This document shows positions 48,874 to 58,788 of a stretch of DNA of 64,000 nucleotides, in pieces. The position numbers and the translations under genes were made by a program. The notes beneath the pieces are model-generated. The model saw only the letters and a list, made by a program, of their open reading frames with translations. It was not told where the DNA came from and searched no databases. The stretch lies in assembly GCA_964486045.1 (NCBI GenBank), contig CAZALK010000010.1:64001-128000 (forward strand). Reading direction: 5' to 3'. Origin of the DNA: an uncultured archaeon (lineage in GTDB: Archaea > Asgardarchaeota > Lokiarchaeia > Sigyniarchaeales > SOKP01). Each line of letters starts with the position of its first letter. The first letter of the stretch is position 1.

Positions 48874-48887
48874 ATTAATAAGTAGGA

Positions 48888-49613
48888 TTATTTAATTTTC
48901 GGAATCAGTAAAACAAAATTGCTTCCTTTTGAAAAATCCCCTTTAACTTTATCTTCAATCCAAATTTCACCCTTATAGGAATCAACCAAATTCTTAACTA
49001 AAAATAATCCAAATCCCATAGTTTTTCCATTATTTGGGCTTGTATTCTTCAGTTTAAAAATATTCTTTTTCCTTTCATTATCGATTCCAACACCATTGTC
49101 TATAAATTCCATTTTCAAATATTTCTTCTTATGTTTACACACTTCAGAAATTTTGATTGTTATTTTAATGATTTCATTTTTATTATGTACAACCGCATTG
49201 ATTAATAGATTTTCGAACACATCTTGAAGGAGTGAATTCGCATTAACGTAATATTCCGTGAAAGAAGTATTAACATTAAACGTTACATTCTCTTGAAGTG
49301 GAGTCTTTACAAAATTAAGTGCAGTCCTCAATAAATCACATACCTCAATTTTATGAAGATTCAATTGATCCTTCTCTAGTTGAGAAAGTTTATGGACATT
49401 TGATATAAGTCTAAATCCCCTTGAAGTTTGCTGTTTAATTGTTCCAAGAAGATCTTTTACTTTACCCTTTCGTTTTGGATCATTGATGTAAAGATCAGTA
49501 AGTTCACTTGAAGTTCTTATATTTTGTAAAATCTGATTTAAATCGTGGATCAACAAGTTAGATAGGAGATTGTCTTTTTCCATTTGATTATCTGAATTAA
49601 AAATTTCAAACAT
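48888..49613 (-). CDS. Histidine kinase core (HisKA plus HATPase) with no sensor domain
   Basis: HDLNQIL, VFENLLINAVVH, DNGVGI, GFGLFLVK. Confidence 0.88.
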   Translation of the reverse strand: MFEIFNSDNQMEKDNLLSNLLIHDLNQILQNIRTSSELTDLYINDPKRKGKVKDLLGTIKQQTSRGFRLISNVHKLSQLEKDQLNLHKIEVCDLLRTALNFVKTPLQENVTFNVNTSFTEYYVNANSLLQDVFENLLINAVVHNKNEIIKITIKISEVCKHKKKYLKMEFIDNGVGIDNERKKNIFKLKNTSPNNGKTMGFGLFLVKNLVDSYKGEIWIEDKVKGDFSKGSNFVLLIPKIK

Positions 49614-49967
49614 GAATTTAAGGTCTTTACAAATCTGTCTTGATATTTATATATTAATTATTAAAACAAGTATTTAAATAAATAGTTGTTTAATTTTTCA
49701 TGTCAGTCATATGAAAAAAAAGAAATATTAGGAAATGTTGGAGAAATTAAAATAAGTGGAAGAATTATTTTATGGTGTTTATATTAACACTTCTAATAAT
49801 TGTAATTTTGATGCATCATTATCTTGTTTCAACTATAAGTATTTCTCCGATACTAAATTCCCCCTGTGCTCTAAAACAGTTAAATTTTGAATTATTTACA
49901 TTCTAATTTATGATAATTTAAAATATAAAAACTATAATGGTAAATGTTTGTATGCAACTCCCTCCTA

Positions 49968-51488
49968 CTATTCCTTGAAAATTATAATATCATCCCATAC
50001 AGATCTCTCTTTCCCGTAAGGATCATTTTCTACTTTTATATCCTTCCCGAATATCATGGTTGCTCTATTATCTCTATATTGAGCCCATTTTGGAACTTCT
50101 TTATTATTAGGGTTACCGTTTCTAGCGAACGAAATCCAACAATCCATCATTTTTCCACTAAGTTCCTCAGTTTCTTTATTGGATTCAGGGAATAACTTGA
50201 AGTTCACATTCCGAGGTGTGTCTAATGTACCGAATACGAAGGGAATTTCAATTGCGTGAACAGAACCTAACGATCCATTTCTTATAGGTGAAGGATAAGT
50301 GAACATATACATATAAGTGTCAGGTTGATTTTTCGATTGCATTTCTGCTAATAATGTGGATGGTACACGGAAAAATGCATCAGTTACTATAGCACTATAT
50401 ACCTCGGTAGGATTTTCCCTCGTCTCACTATAAAGATCAATTATTTCGCGGACTTTTTCTTCGGATTGTCCCATTGGTTTCATCATTAAATTCAATCTAT
50501 TGAATAATGCTTCAGTATTTTTTATGCCAGGATACCATAATTCCCATAATCTCATTTCATCTTTATTAGTACCGTGTAAAATTTCAATGTTTTTTGTTTC
50601 ACCATCAAGCACAGCTTTTAGAGGATGTTTTGGTAATGTTTTACCGTCAATGAGAGGGGAATACCCTAAAGCAAATGCAGTTCCTCCTTCCAATACTTGC
50701 TGATCCATCTTTGTCTGAGCCTTGATAATCTCCTCTGCCGAAATTTTTCTTAAACTGTCAATATCATCTTTTTCGATTTTCAGAAGTGAAGCTAACCTTT
50801 GTGCCGTTGCTATTGCCCTACCCTTTTGGTAACCAAGCGGATTTGTGCTTCCAGATTGTGGGATAATGCGATTAAACAAACCCTTAGCTGTAGGCATGCC
50901 AAGTAAACAACAAATTGCTCCCGCACCAGCAGATTCACCAAATACGGTAACATTCTCTGGATCTCCCCCAAAGTTCACAATATTTTCTTTAATCCATCTT
51001 AACGCTTCGATTTGATCGAGCAACCCAACATTTGCCGAAAAATTAGGGGCATCGGGAAGATAAAGAAACCCTAAAGGTCCTAATCTATAATTAATTATAA
51101 CTATAACTACATCACCACGAGCTGCTAAAGGAATTCCATCATAATTATTCGCTGAACCAGTCTTATATGAACCTCCATGGATCCAAAACATAACAGGTCG
51201 TTTCTTATCATCGGATGCTGGAGTCCAAATGTTAAGTGTAAGGCAACTTTCTTCCCTCTGTGGAGGAGCAGGATCTGGAGTGAAAGGACTGGGAGGTTGT
51301 GGAGCAACAGGACTCAACTCAGTTGCTTTTAACACACCATTCCATGAGTGCTTCGACTTTGGAGCATTAAATCTTAATTCCCCAACAGGAGGTTCCGCGT
51401 ATGGAACTCCTTTATATATTTCTATACTTTTATCAATATATCCTTGTAGCTTTCCACTACTAATCTCAATAATTTTTGTTTTTTTCAT
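49968..51488 (-). CDS. Type-B carboxylesterase (PnbA-like)
   Basis: WIHGG, NYRLG, FGGDP, FGESAGA, GSVHAIE. Confidence 0.95.
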   Translation of the reverse strand: MKKTKIIEISSGKLQGYIDKSIEIYKGVPYAEPPVGELRFNAPKSKHSWNGVLKATELSPVAPQPPSPFTPDPAPPQREESCLTLNIWTPASDDKKRPVMFWIHGGSYKTGSANNYDGIPLAARGDVVIVIINYRLGPLGFLYLPDAPNFSANVGLLDQIEALRWIKENIVNFGGDPENVTVFGESAGAGAICCLLGMPTAKGLFNRIIPQSGSTNPLGYQKGRAIATAQRLASLLKIEKDDIDSLRKISAEEIIKAQTKMDQQVLEGGTAFALGYSPLIDGKTLPKHPLKAVLDGETKNIEILHGTNKDEMRLWELWYPGIKNTEALFNRLNLMMKPMGQSEEKVREIIDLYSETRENPTEVYSAIVTDAFFRVPSTLLAEMQSKNQPDTYMYMFTYPSPIRNGSLGSVHAIEIPFVFGTLDTPRNVNFKLFPESNKETEELSGKMMDCWISFARNGNPNNKEVPKWAQYRDNRATMIFGKDIKVENDPYGKERSVWDDIIIFKE

Positions 51489-51698
51489 AATAATTCACCT
51501 TAGATTTATATCTAAATAAGTTTATCTTCTTTTTTGAAAAATTTCGATAAACCTTTCGATTTGGTCTATATGCTATTTTTTCTTTTATATCCCTTATCTA
51601 ATGATATTTCATCTCAATTCTTAAATATTAAAAAAATATTTATTTGATTAAATAATTAAAAACATAACGTAGAATATTTTAAACGAGATTTCATTTCA

Positions 51699-52010
51699 AT
51701 GTCATCGCAAAATACTATTAATCGTACACTCTCGAAAGCCATTCTTAAGGACGAGGTAAACATCAAATTAAAAATTTGGAATACATATTTAACGGGAAAA
51801 CTTATTCAATTCGATAACTATATGAATTTAATCGTTGAAGATGCGAAAGAGATCTATTTTGGTCGGGGGGGAAAACGTTCTAAGGATTTGGGAACTGTGA
51901 TGATTAGGGGGGCAAGTGTGATTTTCATAGGCCAGGATCGTGAAAAACTAGTATTCACTGATGATTCAGAGGAAGATTTAATGCATCATTCAGAGGACGA
52001 GGGAGGTTAA
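51699..52010 (+). CDS. Sm-like archaeal protein (LSm/SmAP)
   Basis: GKLIQFDNYMNLIVEDA, LGTVMIRG; conserved position upstream of rpl37e. Confidence 0.92.
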   Translation: MSSQNTINRTLSKAILKDEVNIKLKIWNTYLTGKLIQFDNYMNLIVEDAKEIYFGRGGKRSKDLGTVMIRGASVIFIGQDREKLVFTDDSEEDLMHHSEDEGG

Positions 52011-52015
52011 ATGAA

Positions 52016-52237
52016 ATGACTAAAGGTACTCCAAGCAAAGGTAAGAAAAATAAGGCACCTAGCCATAAAACCTGTAGACGTTGCGGACATCATTCATATC
52101 ACCGGAGCAAGAGGTTTTGTGCGTATTGTGGATTTGGACGATCAGCCAAAATAAAAAAGCCCTCGTGGCGCAATAGACACCGTGCGTTTAACGGTAATAA
52201 GTCGTTTTACCGCAATAAAAGAAAAGCATCTGCATAA
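52016..52237 (+). CDS. rpl37e: 50S ribosomal protein L37e
   Basis: MTKGTPS, CRRCG...CAYCGFG. Confidence 0.96.
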   Translation: MTKGTPSKGKKNKAPSHKTCRRCGHHSYHRSKRFCAYCGFGRSAKIKKPSWRNRHRAFNGNKSFYRNKRKASA

Positions 52238-52816
52238 CCACTCGACCTAACATTTTACATTGGTTTTCATCTCAACCTTAGATTAAGGAAAAATGATATA
52301 TCTTCTTTATATCAAAATAAAGGAAGAACATTGGAAATAATGAAAATCGTTGTTTCCCTCTTTCCTTCGATATCTCAGATAAAGTTCATGGGGTGATGAA
52401 TTCAGAAATTAATTATAGAAAAAATAGAATATGAAAAAATTTTAAGATCTTTAATCTTATCAAGTTTCGGTTTGATTTATGAGGATTGGAAACGAAAGGA
52501 ACTTATCGATTATTAAAATCTTTTTCTTATCAGGTAAAATTTCAAAGTAAGGTAAAACTTTCTATCTTGCACTTCTCTACAAAGCCAATCTATACTTAAA
52601 TTCTTATACTTTGATTGAAAAATTAAACTGCAGATATATTTACAAATAATAAAAATGATTAAAAATTAGGTTTTTTTGATGTTAAGAATAATAAAATATT
52701 CACATTTCTCTTTTTGACTTATTTCACTTTTTCTTATTAATCGACTAAAAGAGAATTTGATAATCCGAATTTCGCTCAATATTTAAAAAGGTAAATACTT
52801 ATAATACTATTAGGGA

Positions 52817-54388
52817 ATGACAGAGTTTCGAATTAACAAATTTATCACTTTGGAGCTGGAAGGGAAAGATACAGTAATTTATGTATCCGGTAAACGATTC
52901 CAGCAATGCATGTACCTATTTTTAGTTATTCCCGTTGATAACCTTGACCAGATTTATGAGATTGAATCTATTGACGAGGTTGCTGAAGAACTTGATAGAT
53001 CTATTAACCCAAAATATAGCAGACATATGAGAATCTCACCAGAAGAGGAGTTCTGGGCGCACTGTAGCAATATTCAAGCGTTCTATGAAAATAACTATAA
53101 CACCAAGATACTTCATAGAAACTTGGCGTTCCCGCTATTGATGAAGCTTTATGAAGCCGAGGATCCTAAAGCCATAAAAGTATTTAAAGAAGAGATTGCT
53201 CAAAGGCTTTCAAGCGATCATGAAAATACGGTTCTCTTTTTGTTGGAAAATAACTATCAATTTTTTCTCACAACTGAAGAATTCGATACTGTTTATCATA
53301 GTCAAGACTCAGAAAAAAAAACCCTGATTAAGGAATTCATACACGACAGATTTAACGATAATAAGACTGACATTGAACTACAAAATAAGCTTTTTGAGTA
53401 TATCAAAGTGATGTGTTCGAAGCAAGAATTACAAAAATATCAATATGTGACGTTCAATGAGAGAAAATATTTTGTTAGAGAAGGAGGATTGACTATTAAT
53501 GAAAAAGGAATTATTATTGACAGAATTGGTCAGATAAAAGGGTTATCTAAGCTCAAAGGATTGAAGAGACTGACGATCCTACGCACTTTGATTACTTCAA
53601 CCGCAGGATTGGAAGGTCTAACTCAATTAGAACACCTAGATTTATGTGTAAATAGAGTCAAGATAATAGAGGGATTGAATACACTAATCAACCTGAAGAG
53701 TTTGAAATTATCATATAACCAAATCGAAAAAATATCTGGACTAGAAACTCTGAAGAACTTAGAAGAATTACTTTTAAATTCCAATCAAATTACTGAGATA
53801 AAGGGGCTTGAATCCCTTACAAAATTAAAGAAGTTAACCCTACATTCTAATTTAATCAGTGAAATTAAAGGGCTAGCCACCTTATTAAACGTAGAGCAAC
53901 TTAATTTAAGTCGCAATAAAATCTCAAGAATTAAGGGTCTGGAAGGTGTTATAAAATTAAATTATCTAGACCTTAATAGGAATAGCATAGAGAAAATAGA
54001 AGGTTTGACATCCCTTAAGGAATTAGAAAGCCTTGTACTAGAGAACAATTGCATAAGTAAAATAAGAGGACTAGACAATCTTAGTAAACTAAAATCCCTT
54101 AATTTAGGAAAAAACAAAATCACAGAAATGGAGGGATTAGATACTCTAAATTGTCTTACTTCGCTATGGCTCGATAAAAACCAGATTCTTGAGATGAAAG
54201 GGTTAGATGAACTTAGAAATTTGCGTGAAGTTAACCTACAAGAAAATTTAATATACGGTATTCGCGGGATTAATGAATTTAAAAGCCTAGAATATTTAAA
54301 CCTTTATGGTAATAAACTTATAGAAGATATAAATCACGAATTCGAAGGATTTTTTGAAATAAGAAGGGTATTAGATAAACAGAAATAA
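52817..54388 (+). CDS. Leucine-rich repeat protein (SDS22-like 22-aa LRRs) with a conserved N-terminal domain
   Basis: About 12 LxxLxLxxNxIxxIxGL repeats; N-terminal domain shared with 58789..60393. Confidence 0.9.
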   Translation: MTEFRINKFITLELEGKDTVIYVSGKRFQQCMYLFLVIPVDNLDQIYEIESIDEVAEELDRSINPKYSRHMRISPEEEFWAHCSNIQAFYENNYNTKILHRNLAFPLLMKLYEAEDPKAIKVFKEEIAQRLSSDHENTVLFLLENNYQFFLTTEEFDTVYHSQDSEKKTLIKEFIHDRFNDNKTDIELQNKLFEYIKVMCSKQELQKYQYVTFNERKYFVREGGLTINEKGIIIDRIGQIKGLSKLKGLKRLTILRTLITSTAGLEGLTQLEHLDLCVNRVKIIEGLNTLINLKSLKLSYNQIEKISGLETLKNLEELLLNSNQITEIKGLESLTKLKKLTLHSNLISEIKGLATLLNVEQLNLSRNKISRIKGLEGVIKLNYLDLNRNSIEKIEGLTSLKELESLVLENNCISKIRGLDNLSKLKSLNLGKNKITEMEGLDTLNCLTSLWLDKNQILEMKGLDELRNLREVNLQENLIYGIRGINEFKSLEYLNLYGNKLIEDINHEFEGFFEIRRVLDKQK

Positions 54389-54680
54389 AAGAAATATAAA
54401 ATAAAAAAAGATATAAAAACTAACTGAAGACTTGAGATGCTAGCCCAAATCGTCTGATAAAAGTTCTCCGAATAAAGCCAAAAGAAGATCTAACAAAATT
54501 ACTCAAAAAGAAATCGAAGAAGTTACCCTAAAACCCGACCTTTTTAATCAGAACTTAGACCAAGAATACAATAGAATTTTTCCCCTTTTAATTAGAAACA
54601 TAAAAAAGAAGTATAACCTCAAAGAACTAGGTAAAGTATGGAAAGAAAACAACCACCTCATTTTTAATTTTGAGATTGTC

Positions 54681-55112
54681 ATGGAAGCCGACGTTCGAAA
54701 GCTAAACGATAGACGAAAGGAATTATCGCTAAAAATCATTAACGAAACCAACCCGAAAATTATTCGGCAATACCAATCCAAGATAGAAAAGTTAAAAACA
54801 TTTATTCTTAAGTACACAGGCAACGTTTACACCCCACTAATTAAAAAGTATAACTCGCTAAAAGACACTATTAATACACAGTTAGAGCAGTTTTGTTTTA
54901 CCGTTGTGGATGCATTCAATACAAAGCTTGAAAAAGTTTCGAAAAAATTTGCTATGAATATTACCGAATTCTATTTTGATGACGGTTTAGAACTTCGAAT
55001 AATAATTAAGAATAAATCATCAAGCATTTTTCCTCTTAAAAGCCTACAGTTTAAAGATTTGGATACTAAACACAAAAAAGTAATAATCCAGATCCTCAAG
55101 ACCGGTTTATAA
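54681..55112 (+). CDS. Hypothetical protein (islet 3 cargo); 5' end probably damaged
   Basis: Frame open from 54444 with no canonical start; nearest ATG (54437) is out of frame. Confidence 0.5.
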   Translation: MEADVRKLNDRRKELSLKIINETNPKIIRQYQSKIEKLKTFILKYTGNVYTPLIKKYNSLKDTINTQLEQFCFTVVDAFNTKLEKVSKKFAMNITEFYFDDGLELRIIIKNKSSSIFPLKSLQFKDLDTKHKKVIIQILKTGL

Positions 55113-55432
55113 TGATAAGTTCACTACTTGATGCATTTACTACTATTATTAAATACTCGAAGTAAAACGGGGATCGGTCTTTTAGTCTTAGTTCCCAACG
55201 TTCTTCCTTATTACAATATGATAAGAGATTTATCTTTCTGTTTTTGTCTCAAACTTTCAGTGAAAAATTAGGCATAAATCGTTTTACCGCAATAAAAGAA
55301 AAGCTTCTACGTAAGTTGAATATTTTAGTATAAAAATCTTATTCTTAAAGGTTTAAGAGATATTAATTATTATTGAGCTTAAAATTATGATTAATTATTA
55401 CTCTTTAATTCAAATCTATGCCATAAAAATAA

Positions 55433-55807
55433 ATGAATGAATTAGAAATTCAAAGCTTGCAGGAAGAATTAGTAAAATTAGAAGGAATTACAGATATTAT
55501 AGGTGCGGCTCTCGTCAACCACAATGGTTTACTAATATCTTCAAGATTACCTCGTGATGTTGATGACAGAAAGTTTTGTGCTATGGCAGCTACTATGTTT
55601 AGCGCAATTGAAACTGCCGCTTCAACAATAGATAGTAATAATATTGATAATCTAACAGTAGAATTTAGTAATTTTCAATTAATCATTATGGAAGTTGATG
55701 AACACATGATTTTAGTCTCATTATTGAACAATAATATAAATCTAGGACTCATCTTTATAGAGATTGAAGAAGCTATCAAAAAAATAAGGAAAGTATTGAA
55801 TAGCTAA
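55433..55807 (+). CDS. Roadblock/LC7 domain protein
   Basis: IIGAALVNHNGLLISSRLP...AMAATM...NLGLIF. Confidence 0.9.
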   Translation: MNELEIQSLQEELVKLEGITDIIGAALVNHNGLLISSRLPRDVDDRKFCAMAATMFSAIETAASTIDSNNIDNLTVEFSNFQLIIMEVDEHMILVSLLNNNINLGLIFIEIEEAIKKIRKVLNS

Positions 55808-55895
55808 ATCTCTTAGATTTAAAGATAAATAATATAAAAGTTATTAGATGTGCAATTTAGGAGTATTCTATTTAATAAAACGGATTAAGATATCA

Positions 55896-57569
55896 TTAGA
55901 TTAAATCTGCATCCTTAATTATCTTATTATGGTCAAAAGCTAATTTCATCTTTTTCAACAGCTTAATAGGTATAAGATCTACGTCTTTTGAATCATCACC
56001 ACTTTTCATTAATGAAATATCTCCTGTGATTATGCATTTATAGGCAGTGCTATGAACAGTACCTCGAGGATCACGCCCTTCCCCATCATAAACACCAATT
56101 TTTTCAACAATTTTTATATCTAAATTAGTTTCCTCCTTAACCTCGCGAACTAAGGCTTTTATAGGTTTTTCCCTTCTTTCTCTAAAGCCTCCTGGAAGTG
56201 CATAAAAACCCTGAAACGGAGGAAATTTTCTTTTGATCAGAACAATATTACCTTTCTCATCTTCGATTACACCATCAACAGTTTTTCCAATGCTAGATTC
56301 TTTAACTTGCATTTTCGTATACAGGTTGAAAGCTATTGTAACGATTAAGATTCCAGTTATAATAATTGCAATAATGCTATTTAACAAAATTGATGCGAAA
56401 TCCCCTACTTGTATACTTAAAGCAACCATTAGGAGACCACCAAGATCAACCAAAATCCCTGCTCCAAATAGTAAATTTAACAAGTTGAGACCTTTTTCTG
56501 TTCTTTTTTGGATTTCTTCATTTTTTTTAACATATAAACCTTGCATTGAGTCATAAATAATTTTAAATTTCTCGTTTATCCTTGCCACTATTCGATCAAT
56601 CTCAAATTGAGTTAATAGGTGTTTTAGCACGCTAGTATAATGTTGTCTTCTGTTATAATCCAGTTCGTTATATATCAGACTTAATTTTGTTTGAACCAAA
56701 CCTCTTAAAAGTCTAAGATTCCGAATTTTTCTTTCAATTGTATTTACATCCTTAAAGCCTTCTGATTGTGTTTTTAAAAAGAGTATGTCCAGGGATTCGT
56801 TCATAGATCTAAGCGAAAATAAAACAGTTCTCATTTTTGGTGTAGGAGTTAATACAAACTCTTTCATGTAAGAATCAAAAAAGTTGGAATAATTATCTTC
56901 TGCCATATAAATAAAACCCGAATTTCTACGGATGAAATGTAGTTCTGATAACCGATTTGATAGATTATTTTCTATTCTCCTATCGTATAAAACTTCAGAA
57001 TAATCTTCCCATTGACCTGAATAAATTTCGGTCCAAGAGCTAATAGTTTTTTTATATTTCTCAATATTTTCTTGAGTGAATTCAATTACGTCTGGTTTAG
57101 TTCTATCCGAAGTTACAAACACATACATAGGACTTTCTAAATCGAACAATATGCCTCGATTTACCTCTTTTTCATCATATTTCCTGAGAACGGTAATAAC
57201 AATTTGAGGGATTTGTTGTATGAAATTTGATTTGATTTTTTCTTTTTTTGCAGGATCATTTTTATAATATTCGACATCAAATTGGAAATATCCTAATGTA
57301 TTATATTCATTTTGGTCATTTTCATCCTCATAAGGAAAACTCTCTAAATAAGGTACCCATTTACATGAGAGTGTTGTATTTTTTGCCAGATCGATTATAT
57401 CAGCCCCAAATTCTTCACGTATTTTAAAATAAATATCCTCTATTTTCAGAACACTTAAGTGTTGCTTAATAACTTGCTCGATCTCCTTACTTTTGACCTC
57501 ACCATTAATTAGAGAAGTATTTAAAAAGCAACTTACAAACCAGTATTCACTTTTATATATAAATTCCAT
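55896..57569 (-). CDS. 2-TM membrane protein (CorA-like layout) fused to a C-terminal Nudix ADP-ribose pyrophosphatase-like domain
   Basis: Soluble N-terminal domain, long helices, 2 TMs, then TVDGVI...ALPGGF, intact GX5EX7REUXEE, RDPRG, LAFDH. Confidence 0.8.
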   Translation of the reverse strand: MEFIYKSEYWFVSCFLNTSLINGEVKSKEIEQVIKQHLSVLKIEDIYFKIREEFGADIIDLAKNTTLSCKWVPYLESFPYEDENDQNEYNTLGYFQFDVEYYKNDPAKKEKIKSNFIQQIPQIVITVLRKYDEKEVNRGILFDLESPMYVFVTSDRTKPDVIEFTQENIEKYKKTISSWTEIYSGQWEDYSEVLYDRRIENNLSNRLSELHFIRRNSGFIYMAEDNYSNFFDSYMKEFVLTPTPKMRTVLFSLRSMNESLDILFLKTQSEGFKDVNTIERKIRNLRLLRGLVQTKLSLIYNELDYNRRQHYTSVLKHLLTQFEIDRIVARINEKFKIIYDSMQGLYVKKNEEIQKRTEKGLNLLNLLFGAGILVDLGGLLMVALSIQVGDFASILLNSIIAIIITGILIVTIAFNLYTKMQVKESSIGKTVDGVIEDEKGNIVLIKRKFPPFQGFYALPGGFRERREKPIKALVREVKEETNLDIKIVEKIGVYDGEGRDPRGTVHSTAYKCIITGDISLMKSGDDSKDVDLIPIKLLKKMKLAFDHNKIIKDADLI

Positions 57570-57731
57570 TATGGTTATACCCTATTTATTATGTTAATTT
57601 CAATTATGAATATAAGGATTTAATAATCTTTGTATATCAAAAATTCTAGTTATTAAATATTTATAACAAGAGAATTTATCTTTACTTGAACCTATTATTG
57701 ATATTGTTATTTCCACAACTCAATTATAAAA

Positions 57732-58676
57732 ATGACGATTAAGCAATTACAAGAAGAAGTTTTAAAATTGAAACGACAAAATGATGTGACGATCTTAGCT
57801 CATTACTATCAATCTATAGAAATTCAAGAGATCGCTGATCATTTAGGAGATTCGTTAGGGTTATCTCGAACAGCAAAGGAAAAAGCTAACACCGAATATA
57901 TTATATTTGCAGGAGTGGACTTCATGGCAGAAACGGCTTCTATTTTAAACCAAGACAAACATGTGTTAATTCCTAATCCAGAGTCTTGTTGTCCAATGGC
58001 TGCATTTCTCACTCCAGAAAAAGTAATTCAGTATAAAAAAGAAAACCCACGATTACCAATGGTTACGTACGTTAATAGTACAGCTGCAGTAAAAGCAGAA
58101 TCGGATATTTGCTGTACATCCTCGAATGCTGTTAAACTAACTCAGAAAATAGCAAAAGAATTTAATACTAATTCAGTCTTATTTGGACCAGATGCAAATT
58201 TGGCAGATTATGTAGAACAAAAATCAGGAATAAAAACTGTCAAGGCTCCTCTAAGGGGTCACTGTATTGTTCATTCACAGCTAACCATTGACGACATGAA
58301 AGCCTCTAGGCATAATTATCCTGAGGGAATAATATTGGTGCATCCTGAATGTAAGAGGGAGGTTAGAGACTTGGCAGATTTTGTAGGATCCACGGCTCAT
58401 ATGTATAACAGAGTTAAAAATAGTTCATTGAATGAGAATAAATTTATAATAGGAACAGAAAAAGGACTGATGGACAGGATGGCTAAAGATTTTAACCAAA
58501 AAGAGTTCTTTATAGCAAGTGATAAAATGATATGCTATAATATGAAGAAGAACTCTATTGAACTAATGAAGTATGTGTTGGAAAACTTAGATGATAAGAT
58601 GTTTGAAATTAAAATACCTTCTGAAATTGCGCGGAAAGCTTTGAAACCGATTGAAAAAATGTTAGATTACTCTTGA
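57732..58676 (+). CDS. nadA: Quinolinate synthase
   Basis: LAHYYQ, GDSL, FMAETA, CPMA, YVNS, CTSSNA, CIVH, HPEC, GST. Confidence 0.96.
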   Translation: MTIKQLQEEVLKLKRQNDVTILAHYYQSIEIQEIADHLGDSLGLSRTAKEKANTEYIIFAGVDFMAETASILNQDKHVLIPNPESCCPMAAFLTPEKVIQYKKENPRLPMVTYVNSTAAVKAESDICCTSSNAVKLTQKIAKEFNTNSVLFGPDANLADYVEQKSGIKTVKAPLRGHCIVHSQLTIDDMKASRHNYPEGIILVHPECKREVRDLADFVGSTAHMYNRVKNSSLNENKFIIGTEKGLMDRMAKDFNQKEFFIASDKMICYNMKKNSIELMKYVLENLDDKMFEIKIPSEIARKALKPIEKMLDYS

Positions 58677-58788
58677 ATCTAATTTTGCTTCAGGGTTAGA
58701 GCGTGCGATGAGATAATAACAATTATCATTATCTACATAATCAATTTTAATATCTCCATGATTTTAACTAATAATATTGAGATTAGGA

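Larger units (their letters stand above)
47886..48879. mobile_element. Islet 2: ~0.96 kb insertion flanked by a 34-bp direct repeat of the sepF 3' end
   Basis: 47886..47919 and 48846..48879, acaccaaattctcatataaaaatagcaaa(c/t)taat, 33/34 identical. Confidence 0.75.
52197..55314. mobile_element. Islet 3: ~3.1 kb insertion flanked by a 41-bp direct repeat of the rpl37e 3' end
   Basis: 52197..52237 vs 55274..55314, 37/41 identical with a 26-bp exact core tcgttttaccgcaataaaagaaaagc. Confidence 0.75.

Noticed and set aside
48888-49613. Sensor-less histidine kinase as part of the che system or of islet 2
   Set aside because: It is a class I HisKA kinase outside the repeat boundary and far from the che genes; nothing in the sequence links them.
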